Origin: Patescibacteria group bacterium
GTDB lineage: Bacteria; Patescibacteriota; Patescibacteriia; UBA1558; S5-K13
Assembly (NCBI GenBank): GCA_028692545.1
Contig: JAQUXC010000004.1
Span: 630-64,629, forward strand
Length of the DNA: 64,000 bases
Direction of reading: 5' to 3'
Under the pieces are notes generated by a model. It saw only the letters and a program-made list of their open reading frames with translations, was not told the origin of the DNA and searched no databases. This document shows positions 9,435-17,932 of the stretch, in pieces; the stretch's first letter is position 1, and each line of letters opens with the position of its first letter. The translations under genes and the position numbers were made by a program.

Positions 9435-9827
9435 TTATCTTTGTAATTTTTTCCTAATCTCTTCCAGGGCTTTTGTTGGTTTATACATAAGGTCAGAATT
9501 CATCATAAGATTAGTTGCCTCTTTTTGTAAATTATCTGGTAAGGAAGATAATTCTTTCAATGCTTCAATCTCCTCTAAAGCTCTTTTTGGGCTATATGCA
9601 GGATGTGGTTTTCTTAAATAATCCAAAGCAATTTCTTTATAATTATCTGTAAGATTATTGATTTCCTGCATAGCACGAACTTCTTCCATGGCTTGTTCTG
9701 GAGTGTGTTCCCAATCTGGATCTAAAAATTCATCAAAAATCTTTTTTAAATCATCTGAAAGTTCATCATATTGTTTTTTTATTTCTGGTGGAATATTATC
9801 TAGACTTAAATTTTCAAAATTATTCAT
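9435..9827 (-). CDS. Hypothetical helical-repeat protein (LPxDLK family)
   Basis: Repeats LSDDLK/LTDNYK/LPDNLQ; similar to 10781 and 11648. Confidence 0.7.
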   Translation of the reverse strand: MNNFENLSLDNIPPEIKKQYDELSDDLKKIFDEFLDPDWEHTPEQAMEEVRAMQEINNLTDNYKEIALDYLRKPHPAYSPKRALEEIEALKELSSLPDNLQKEATNLMMNSDLMYKPTKALEEIRKKLQR

Positions 9828-9893
9828 CTTTTTTGTATTATTAATTATATGGTTAGTTTAACAAATTGTGTATACAAAATCAATTTGAAAATA

Positions 9894-9922
9894 TTGACTT
9901 ATCATTATTTTTATTATATAAT
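9894..9922 (+). promoter_or_regulatory. Sigma70-type promoter
   Basis: TTGACT-17-TATAAT. Confidence 0.6.
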
Positions 9923-9936
9923 AATAAATTCTAAAA

Positions 9937-10650
9937 TTGAATATAGGAGTAAAAATGAATGTATTTTGTCGAGATTTCAGGACAGAAAAACTGCATAAGA
10001 GAAGAATGATTCATGGATTTGTAGGAATTCATGAGAAGGTAATATTGGAAGTGGGGTGTGGTAAGGGATACTGTACGGAGATTTTGTTAACAGAAGATAA
10101 TTTTTTGCTTGGAATAGATCCATGCGAAGAAGATATCAAAGAAATAATGACTCGTAATTTTCCAAGAAACGCTCAATTTAGAGCATGTGGCTTACAACAC
10201 ATGACTCATGGATATAGTTTTGATCTTATTGTATTCTACAAGAGCTTTCATGAATTACAAGGAATAAGCCTTGAAGAAGCTCTGATAAAATCAAAACATC
10301 TACTCAATCCAAACGGCAAAATTTTGATAATTGAGGAAAGTCTGAAGTCTCAATTATTTAAAATTCATAACTACGATCCATTCAAAGAAAGAGCAGAAAA
10401 CTTGGAAATTGAAAAAGTTTCAAGAGCTCAAAAATGTGTCATGAACACAAAATATGAGTTATGCGTCTTAAGAACTACGATTGAGTTTAAAAATGTGGAA
10501 GATTTCTGTATTAGAGAGCTTCACGAGACAAAACCTGATCAATTATTTAAAAGTATTGTAGTATTAGCAATAAAAGAAGCTACATCAGTTTATGCAGGTG
10601 AAAAACCATTTTGTTTGAAAGAGGTAATGAATATGTATCTAATTTCATAA
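9937..10650 (+). CDS. Class I SAM-dependent methyltransferase
   Basis: ILEVGCGKG, LGIDP, FDLIV, LNPNGKILI. Confidence 0.85.
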   Translation: MNIGVKMNVFCRDFRTEKLHKRRMIHGFVGIHEKVILEVGCGKGYCTEILLTEDNFLLGIDPCEEDIKEIMTRNFPRNAQFRACGLQHMTHGYSFDLIVFYKSFHELQGISLEEALIKSKHLLNPNGKILIIEESLKSQLFKIHNYDPFKERAENLEIEKVSRAQKCVMNTKYELCVLRTTIEFKNVEDFCIRELHETKPDQLFKSIVVLAIKEATSVYAGEKPFCLKEVMNMYLIS

Positions 10651-10671
10651 TAAATGGACATTATTAAGTAT

Positions 10672-10697
10672 ATAGCAGACCGGAAACGGTCTGCTAT
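10672..10697 (+). terminator. Intrinsic terminator
   Basis: atagcagaccg-gaaa-cggtctgctat followed by a T-rich tract. Confidence 0.75.
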
Positions 10698-10780
10698 TAT
10701 TTTTATAAATTTAATATCAATTAATAAAACAAAAAACTGTGAATTAACACAGAATTTTGTTATTTAAAATAAGTTTTCCT

Positions 10781-11605
10781 TTAATTTTTTGTATTTTGCA
10801 ATAATGCAAGTTCTAAAGCTTCTTCTGGCTTATATTTTTCAGTATCATCTTTATAATAACCAACCACGTGTTCTGTGTTTAAATATTTTTCAGCAATAAC
10901 CCTGAGATTTTCTGGTAATTTATTAATTTTATCTCTTGCAATTGTAGATTTCAATGCAGAATTATAAGATTTGTATTGTTCTTTATATTCATTAGCAATA
11001 GATTTTAAATCTTCTGGTAATTTATCTATTTCACCAAAAGCAATGGCTTCTTTTAATTCAAATTCAAGAGATCTGTCTTTTGAATTTTGTAGATTAGTGT
11101 AGGCAAAATTTCTTAATTTTGGAGGAAGATCATTAATACCTTTTAATGTTTCAGCAATATGCTGAAGTTCAACTACGTGAGCATGAAAAAAATCTATTAT
11201 CTTTATTTTATGTCTTAAATCTTTGAATTCATCAGGTATTTTATCAGCCTCTTGGTCTGCTTTAAACTCAGTTAAAGCTAACAATGGATTTTGATCTATT
11301 GCTGAACTATTAATGGAATTTCTTAAATCTTCTGGTAAATTATCAATTTCCTGTTGAGCTCTAACTATTTCTAATATGGTTTTCATATCATAATCATCTC
11401 TATTAAAATGTTTTTCAGCAACGAGTTTTAAATCATCTGGTAATTTTTTAAGTTCATCTACTGTATCTTTGTCTATATTATTTTCACTATAAACCCTTAA
11501 TAAGGTTTCGTATCTTGATTCATCTTTTTTAGGTATTTCTACCTCATCTTCTTGTTTTCCATCATCATCTTCATTTGAATTTATTGTTGGGTTTTCAAAA
11601 TTCAT
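10781..11605 (-). CDS. Hypothetical helical-repeat protein (six LPxDLK-type repeats)
   Basis: LPDDLK, LPEDLR, IPDEFK, LPPKLR, LPEDLK, LPENLR. Confidence 0.75.
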   Translation of the reverse strand: MNFENPTINSNEDDDGKQEDEVEIPKKDESRYETLLRVYSENNIDKDTVDELKKLPDDLKLVAEKHFNRDDYDMKTILEIVRAQQEIDNLPEDLRNSINSSAIDQNPLLALTEFKADQEADKIPDEFKDLRHKIKIIDFFHAHVVELQHIAETLKGINDLPPKLRNFAYTNLQNSKDRSLEFELKEAIAFGEIDKLPEDLKSIANEYKEQYKSYNSALKSTIARDKINKLPENLRVIAEKYLNTEHVVGYYKDDTEKYKPEEALELALLQNTKN

Positions 11606-11647
11606 ATTTTTTGTTTATTCATATTTTTTAATTATTTAAAGTATATA

Positions 11648-11902
11648 TTATGATGCCTTTTTCATATTTTCTAAAGCTGCTTTTAAAGCATCAATAGGAG
11701 AAAGATCTTCGTATCTAGGTCCTATCATTTTTTCGGCAAAAAGTTTCGCATCTTCAGGAAGTTGCATAATTTTTTTATATGCTTCTACTTGTTCTGAGAG
11801 AGCATTTTCATTGTCAATTGAATAGAATAATTTAATTCTTTCTCTAATATCACTATCTTCTTCACTTGTATTTGGCGTTGGAATTTGTTCAAAATTTGGC
11901 AT
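11648..11902 (-). CDS. Hypothetical protein, short member of the LPxDLK family
   Basis: MPNFEQ start, LPEDAKLFAEK, PIDAL. Confidence 0.65.
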   Translation of the reverse strand: MPNFEQIPTPNTSEEDSDIRERIKLFYSIDNENALSEQVEAYKKIMQLPEDAKLFAEKMIGPRYEDLSPIDALKAALENMKKAS

Positions 11903-11962
11903 ATTTTTTTACTTATTAATTATATATTTATAATAAAACAATAATTTTTTTTGTCAAACAAA

Positions 11963-12442
11963 TTATTTATTTTCTAAAATTGGCAAAGTAAACTTTTCTT
12001 TTAGATATTTTTTGTATAATTGTAAATTTTCATAAAAATCAAAAGCGATTAATTCTTTTTCTGGTAAACTATCCAGATCAAACCATCGTATTTCTAAATT
12101 TTCTCCATCAATTTCAGAAACTTTCTTATCAGCTTGAGCAATATATACAAAACTAAGATTCTGTCTATCCTCCGCTGGTCTATTAGGGTTATCAATTATT
12201 GTAAGAAGTTCTAAATTTTTTATTATCCAGCCAGTTTCTTCTTGTGTTTCTCTTTTAATAGTTTGTTTTAACGTTTCATCTCTTTCCATAAACCCTCCTG
12301 GTAATCCCCATTTTCCAATTTCTAAAACACTAACAGGCCCTCTTTTACCCATTAAAACTTTATTATCGCGCACAACAATTGCATTTACAGTTACATGGCG
12401 TAAACTTGTTTTATTTCCATCTTCAAATTCACAATTTATCAT
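11963..12442 (-). CDS. NUDIX hydrolase
   Basis: WGLPGGFMERDETLKQTIKRETQEETG Nudix box. Confidence 0.9.
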   Translation of the reverse strand: MINCEFEDGNKTSLRHVTVNAIVVRDNKVLMGKRGPVSVLEIGKWGLPGGFMERDETLKQTIKRETQEETGWIIKNLELLTIIDNPNRPAEDRQNLSFVYIAQADKKVSEIDGENLEIRWFDLDSLPEKELIAFDFYENLQLYKKYLKEKFTLPILENK

Positions 12443-12444
12443 AA

Positions 12445-13038
12445 TTATTGTTGATTATTTTGATTATTAATTACTTGTTGAGGATTTAGTTTGTCTTGTT
12501 CCTTTTTATAAATAATTTCTAAAATTATAGATATCATAAAAATAAGCATCATTCCAAATAGCAAAATCATTGGATATAATATATATCCACCGTATATACA
12601 ATTAGAGCTTTCACTACAAAGTTTGATATTAATAAATGTAGTATATCCCCAATAAAGACATATTGCTAAATTTATATAAAATAAAACCCAAAATTTCTTT
12701 TTTAGATAAAGACCAAGAATAATTAAATATAAAAATATAACTATAAAATATCTTATTGTTATAGTTATTTCTATAAATATTTTAATATCTCTCATAAAAA
12801 AATTCATAAAAAGAAACACCATTAATAAAAATAGTGGGGATAATATTATTAATAGTGCTCTAAAAAATATGAAGAGCGAATTTTTATGTTTAATATTATA
12901 AAAAATTGCAAAAATTAATAAAAATGGAATTAAAAATAAATAAGATTGTAAATAATTAAGATTAAAATAAAATCGTAGCATAAAAAATATAAATATTATG
13001 GGAATTATCATTAACAATGTTTTAAATGTTTTACTCAT
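12445..13038 (-). CDS. Hypothetical multi-pass membrane protein
   Basis: Several hydrophobic segments; tightly spaced between two NUDIX genes. Confidence 0.7.
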   Translation of the reverse strand: MSKTFKTLLMIIPIIFIFFMLRFYFNLNYLQSYLFLIPFLLIFAIFYNIKHKNSLFIFFRALLIILSPLFLLMVFLFMNFFMRDIKIFIEITITIRYFIVIFLYLIILGLYLKKKFWVLFYINLAICLYWGYTTFINIKLCSESSNCIYGGYILYPMILLFGMMLIFMISIILEIIYKKEQDKLNPQQVINNQNNQQ

Positions 13039-13043
13039 ATTTT

Positions 13044-13430
13044 TTATTTACTACTAAAATATTCTATTATTCTTTCTTTGCAATCTATTGCAAAGTCCAA
13101 TTTATTTATTTCTTCCTCATCAAACCAACCAAAATCATCAAAATCTTCTTTGTTTGGAATTGGTTTCGATTTAAATTTTACTATAAATGTTTTAAAAAAT
13201 CTGTTGTTGAAATGATAAGTTTTGAAAAATTCCAATATTTCTATTTCACAATTCAATTCTTCTTTTATTTCTCTTTTAAGTGCTTGTTCTGGATTTTCGT
13301 TTTCTTCAATATGACCTCCAACAGTTTCCCATAATTCAGGAGAAAACTCTTTGTTTTTACTACGTTTTGCAATAAAAATCTTATTATCAATATTTCTTAT
13401 AATTATTGAACTTACTGATCCGTAATCCAT
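13044..13430 (-). CDS. NUDIX hydrolase
   Basis: WETVGGHIEENENPEQALKREIKEELN. Confidence 0.88.
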   Translation of the reverse strand: MDYGSVSSIIIRNIDNKIFIAKRSKNKEFSPELWETVGGHIEENENPEQALKREIKEELNCEIEILEFFKTYHFNNRFFKTFIVKFKSKPIPNKEDFDDFGWFDEEEINKLDFAIDCKERIIEYFSSK

Positions 13431-13577
13431 ATTAATTTAAATTATATATTTTATATTCTATAACTTTCAACTTTATACTTAGAACTTTATAACTTCCCTT
13501 ATATTTTCTCACCTTATTATTAAAAAGTAAAACAAAAAAACTACTTGTAACAAATTAAATAGTTTTTTTATTATCTA

Positions 13578-13665
13578 TTGACTTATTTTATATATATAAT
13601 ATAATGAATTTATCATTACGATGAATTAAGTTCTCTAAGGGGTTAGTCCCGACGAGAGCTTTTTT
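13578..13665 (+). ncRNA. Candidate antisense small RNA (promoter plus terminator) overlapping the NYN gene 3' end
   Basis: TTGACT-16-TATAAT at 13578-13605, then hairpin aagttctc...gagagctt and a T-run at 13628-13665. Confidence 0.4.
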
Positions 13666-14185
13666 CTTTATATTCAAGTTTATTTCTCAAATCATTAATA
13701 AAATCTAAAATATTATTTTGAGGAGTACTCAATTTATCTAATAGACAAGAATAACTAAATTTATTTGGGATTAATACTTTTTTTAATTTATTTTTATTAA
13801 TTAAATATTCAACAAGACAATGAAAATCACCATCACCAGAAATAATTAAAGCTTTGTTGTAATTATTAAACTCTATTATTGCATGTAATACCAATTCAGC
13901 ATCAACATTTCCTTTAACAATTCCATTTTTTAATTCTAGAGTGGGCTTGAAAATACAAATATATCCAGATTCTTGTAGTTGTGTATATAGTATTTGATTA
14001 CCAGGTTTGTATCCTATAAATAAAAAGGCTTTTTGAATATTATATTTATCCTTTAAGTAAGTTCTAAAACGTCTATAGTCAAGTTTCCAACCCGAATATA
14101 TTTTTATATTATTTTTGTAAATATCATTTAATATCCCCAAATGAAGATTTTGACTATCTATAAATGCATAATTATTATTTTTCAT
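13643..14185 (-). CDS. NYN (LabA/DUF88, PIN-like) ribonuclease domain protein
   Basis: AFIDSQNL, KGNVDAEL, ISGDGDF. Confidence 0.88.
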   Translation of the reverse strand: MKNNNYAFIDSQNLHLGILNDIYKNNIKIYSGWKLDYRRFRTYLKDKYNIQKAFLFIGYKPGNQILYTQLQESGYICIFKPTLELKNGIVKGNVDAELVLHAIIEFNNYNKALIISGDGDFHCLVEYLINKNKLKKVLIPNKFSYSCLLDKLSTPQNNILDFINDLRNKLEYKEKSSRRD

Positions 14186-14218
14186 AAAAATCACTTTCTT
14201 TATATGTTTTTATAAAAT

Positions 14219-14244
14219 AAAAAAGTCGCTTCTGCGACCCTTTT
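14219..14244 (-). terminator. Hairpin plus T-run between ppdK and the NYN gene
   Basis: Minus strand gggtcgc-agaa-gcgactttttt. Confidence 0.6.
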
Positions 14245-14284
14245 ATTATCTTACAACTTTTATTTTAAAATACAATATTTATAT

Positions 14285-16948
14285 TTATTTCTTCAATAAG
14301 TCTCTTACTGCTGCTTGAGCTGCTGCAAGACGAGCAATTGGCACTCTAAATGGTGAACAAGATACATAATTAAATCCATTTCTGTGACAGAATTCAACTG
14401 ATTTTGGCTCGCCACCGTGCTCTCCGCAAATTCCAATCTTCAAATCTTTGTTTGCGCTTCTACCTTTTTCTACTGCAATTTTTATTAGCTCGCCAATACC
14501 TTCTTGATCAAGTACTTCAAATGGATCATCTTCAAATATTCCTTGATTTACATATTCTTTCAAGAATTTTCCAGCATCGTCACGAGAAAGTCCTGCACCC
14601 ATTTGAGTCAAATCATTTGTACCAAATGAGAAAAATTCAGCACCAGCTTCAACAATCTTATCTGCTACTAATGCTGCACGAGGAACTTCTATCATTGTTC
14701 CAACTTTGTACTCAATTTCAATTCCAGCTTCTTTTAGCTTATTTTCAACAATATTTACAATCCTATCTTTCAAAATAGAAAATTCTTTTGTAGTTGCAAC
14801 AAGTGGAATCATAATTTCTGGCTTTACATCATGTTTAGCACCACATTTTGGACATTTTGTAGCAACTTCTATTGCTGCTTCTATAATAGCTCTTGTTTGC
14901 ATATCACAAATCTCAGGAAATGTTATTGCCAATCTACATCCACGATGACCAAGCATTGGATTGAATTCATGCAAATCATCAATTTTTGATTTTATAGTTG
15001 CGATATCAACATTCATCTCTCCAGCTAATTCTGCAATATCTTTTTCTTCTCTTGGTAAAAATTCATGAAGCGGTGGATCAAGTAATCTAATTGTAGTATC
15101 ATACTCATCCATTTCATGAAATAATCCAATAAAATCTTGTTTTTGATATGGTAATAATTTTGCAAGTGCTTTTTCTCTTGCCTCTAGATTATCTGACAAA
15201 ATCATTTCTCTTACAGCTTTTATTCTATCACCTTCAAAAAACATATGTTCTGTTCTGCAAAGTCCTATTCCTTTTGCTCCAAATTTTATAGCAATTGAAG
15301 CATCATGTGGAGTATCAGCATTTGCTCTTACATCTAATTTTCTAAATTCATCAGCCCAACTCATAAGGGTTCCAAAAGTTCCGGACAATTCTGGATCTTG
15401 AGTTCCTACTTTATTCAAGTAGACTTTTCCAACTGATCCATCTAGTGAAATAAAATCCCCTTCTTTCAAAATTATATTTTTGCTTTTTATTGTAAGTGTT
15501 TTTGCTTTTTCATCAATTGACAAGTCACTGCATCCTGCTACACAACATTTTCCCATACCACGAGCTACAACTGCAGCATGACTAGTCATTCCACCTCGAG
15601 CTGTAAGAATTCCTTTTGCGCTATGCATTCCATCAATATCTTCAGGCGAAGTTTCTGTTCTTACCAAAATTACATCTAATCCGCTATTTGTTTTTTCAAA
15701 TGCTTCTATTGCAGTAAATACAACTTCACCAACAGCAGCACCAGGAGATGCTGGCAAACCTTGAGCAATTTCTTCTGCATTTTGCAAAGCTATTGGGTCT
15801 AATTGTTTATGTAACAATTGATTTAATTGATTTGGATCAACTCGAAGTATTGCTTCTTCTTTTGTAATGAGTTTTTCTTCAACCAATTCAACAGCAATTC
15901 TTATTGCTGCTGCTCCAGTACGTTTTCCATTTCTAGCTTGCAAAATATATAATTTATTATTTTGAATGGTAAATTCCATATCCTGCATGTCTTTGTAATG
16001 TTTTTCAACTTTATCACAGGTATCAACAAGCTCTTTGTAAATTTCTGGATTTTGAGTTTCTAACTCTGAAACTGGCATTGGAGTTCTAATTCCTGCTACA
16101 ACATCTTCTCCTTGAGCATTCATTAAGTATTCACCATAAAATTTTGCTTCACCTGTGGAAGGATTTCTTGTAAAACACACTCCTGTACCACTATCTTCTC
16201 CAAGATTTCCAAATACCATACTTTGAATATTTACTGCAGTTCCAATCAATCCTCTTATACTATTTAGTTCACGATAACGAATAGCTCTATTATTATTCCA
16301 AGAACTAAATACTGCATTTATTGCCAAAAACAATTGTTCAATAGGATCTTGTGGAAATTCTATTCCTTTTATTCCTTTTATTTTTTCTTTGTATCTTTTT
16401 GTTATTTCTTGTAAATCTTCTGTTGTAAGGTCTGTATCATATTTAGCACCTTTTGTATCTTTTACATTTTCCAAAATATGTTCAAATTCAGAGTGTTCTA
16501 CTTCCATCACAACGTCTCCAAACATTTGTATAAGACGTCTATAAGAATCCCATGCGAATCTAGGATTGTTTGACTTGTTAGAAAGACCAATTACTGATTT
16601 ATCATTTAATCCTAAATTTAGAATTGTATCCATCATTCCAGGCATAGAAGAAGCAGCACCAGATCTCACAGAAACCAAAAGTGGATCAATATCATCACCC
16701 AATGTTTTTCCCATTTTTTTCTGAAGCTCATCTAAATACCTTAAAATTTCACTTCTTACTTCTTGAGTGATTGTTTTATTGCTTTTATAATACAAATCAC
16801 AAACTTCTGTTGTGATTGTAAATCCAGGAGGAACATTTATGCCGAGTGTTGACATTTCAGCTAGGTTTGCACCTTTTCCACCAAGAATTTCTTTCATGTC
16901 CTTATTTCCTTCTTCAAAAGAATAGATATATTTCTTTACATCTGTCAT
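14285..16948 (-). CDS. ppdK: Pyruvate, phosphate dikinase
   Basis: LGGKGANL, SMPGMMDT, GGMTSHAAVVARG, GLCRTEHMF, GICGEHGG. Confidence 0.97.
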   Translation of the reverse strand: MTDVKKYIYSFEEGNKDMKEILGGKGANLAEMSTLGINVPPGFTITTEVCDLYYKSNKTITQEVRSEILRYLDELQKKMGKTLGDDIDPLLVSVRSGAASSMPGMMDTILNLGLNDKSVIGLSNKSNNPRFAWDSYRRLIQMFGDVVMEVEHSEFEHILENVKDTKGAKYDTDLTTEDLQEITKRYKEKIKGIKGIEFPQDPIEQLFLAINAVFSSWNNNRAIRYRELNSIRGLIGTAVNIQSMVFGNLGEDSGTGVCFTRNPSTGEAKFYGEYLMNAQGEDVVAGIRTPMPVSELETQNPEIYKELVDTCDKVEKHYKDMQDMEFTIQNNKLYILQARNGKRTGAAAIRIAVELVEEKLITKEEAILRVDPNQLNQLLHKQLDPIALQNAEEIAQGLPASPGAAVGEVVFTAIEAFEKTNSGLDVILVRTETSPEDIDGMHSAKGILTARGGMTSHAAVVARGMGKCCVAGCSDLSIDEKAKTLTIKSKNIILKEGDFISLDGSVGKVYLNKVGTQDPELSGTFGTLMSWADEFRKLDVRANADTPHDASIAIKFGAKGIGLCRTEHMFFEGDRIKAVREMILSDNLEAREKALAKLLPYQKQDFIGLFHEMDEYDTTIRLLDPPLHEFLPREEKDIAELAGEMNVDIATIKSKIDDLHEFNPMLGHRGCRLAITFPEICDMQTRAIIEAAIEVATKCPKCGAKHDVKPEIMIPLVATTKEFSILKDRIVNIVENKLKEAGIEIEYKVGTMIEVPRAALVADKIVEAGAEFFSFGTNDLTQMGAGLSRDDAGKFLKEYVNQGIFEDDPFEVLDQEGIGELIKIAVEKGRSANKDLKIGICGEHGGEPKSVEFCHRNGFNYVSCSPFRVPIARLAAAQAAVRDLLKK

Positions 16949-17036
16949 AGATTTTATTTTTTTATGTTTTTAATTAAAAATAGTAGCTATATTCTCTCAT
17001 TTTTTAGAATTAAAATCAAGTATACAAATAAATACA

Positions 17037-17178
17037 ATGCCAATACCTGCCTGCCCGCCTGCCTGCCGGTAGGCAGGGCAGGCAGGTACAAATGATATAC
17101 CAATTATACAAATGACATTAGTATTATTGGTATAAATTAGTCCGCCTTGGCTTTGCCGTTAGGCGAGACGAGTATATT
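17037..17178. repeat. AT-rich hairpin repeat, copy 2, carrying two GC-rich insertions
   Basis: Matches 6219-6293 once 17046-17086 and 17141-17172 are removed. Confidence 0.85.
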
Positions 17179-17246
17179 TATATATTCAATGTTGCTTTAA
17201 TGCTAATATTCTGTTATATTATTCTATTACAATCAAGGAGGATAAA

Positions 17247-17891
17247 ATGATTGATTTCATCGTTTCTAAAAGACAAATGATAATTCAGTCATTTGTCAGT
17301 CTTCGAAAAAAGAAAATTTTAGAAGTAGCATGTGGAAGTGGACATCTAACAAGATCACTTCTCACTGGTGATAATTTTGTACTTGGAATTGATCCAAATA
17401 CAAAATCTATTGAAATAGCCAAAAAAGTTGCTCCAAAAGCAGCATTTATGACTAAGAGTTTTGAGGATTTCAGTCCAGGAGAAAGGCAATTTGATCTTGT
17501 GATATTTTCAATAGGTCTTCATGAAATGGAAAATCAAGAAGAACTAATTATGAAAGCAAAAAAAATAGTTACTCAGAGCAATGGAAATGTTTTAATTATT
17601 GAAAGAGATATTACAACCCAGTTTTTTAATGTCATAAATAAAATAAATCCTTCTATAATAGAGGATGAATTTAAAAAAGTATCTAAAACATCTGAAATTT
17701 TGAATTCTTTGTCTCCTATCAATATAGGTATTCTTCCGAATATTATGCACTTTCAAAATGCAATAGATTTTTGGAAGATATGTCTCAATGGAGACAAAAA
17801 AGTGACCATTATTTCTATAGTCGAAGCTTTGAATGTAAAACTCAATCAAGGTTTTTACATAGAAGATAATATGATAATGTATTTATTATAA
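17247..17891 (+). CDS. Class I SAM-dependent methyltransferase, paralog of 9937
   Basis: ILEVACGSG, LLTGDNFVLGIDP; GGAGG RBS. Confidence 0.85.
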   Translation: MIDFIVSKRQMIIQSFVSLRKKKILEVACGSGHLTRSLLTGDNFVLGIDPNTKSIEIAKKVAPKAAFMTKSFEDFSPGERQFDLVIFSIGLHEMENQEELIMKAKKIVTQSNGNVLIIERDITTQFFNVINKINPSIIEDEFKKVSKTSEILNSLSPINIGILPNIMHFQNAIDFWKICLNGDKKVTIISIVEALNVKLNQGFYIEDNMIMYLL

Positions 17892-17932
17892 AAGCAGGTT
17901 GGGAATTCTAACCTGCTTTTGAATTTTTATAA
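17863..17932 (+). repeat. Methyltransferase 3' end plus terminator, direct repeat copy 1
   Basis: Includes aaaagcaggttgggaattctaacctgctttt; repeated at 20632-20700. Confidence 0.88.

Noticed and set aside
8625-13430. Possible integron cassette array
   Set aside because: No integrase; mixed gene orientations; the spacer hairpins look like terminators rather than attC sites
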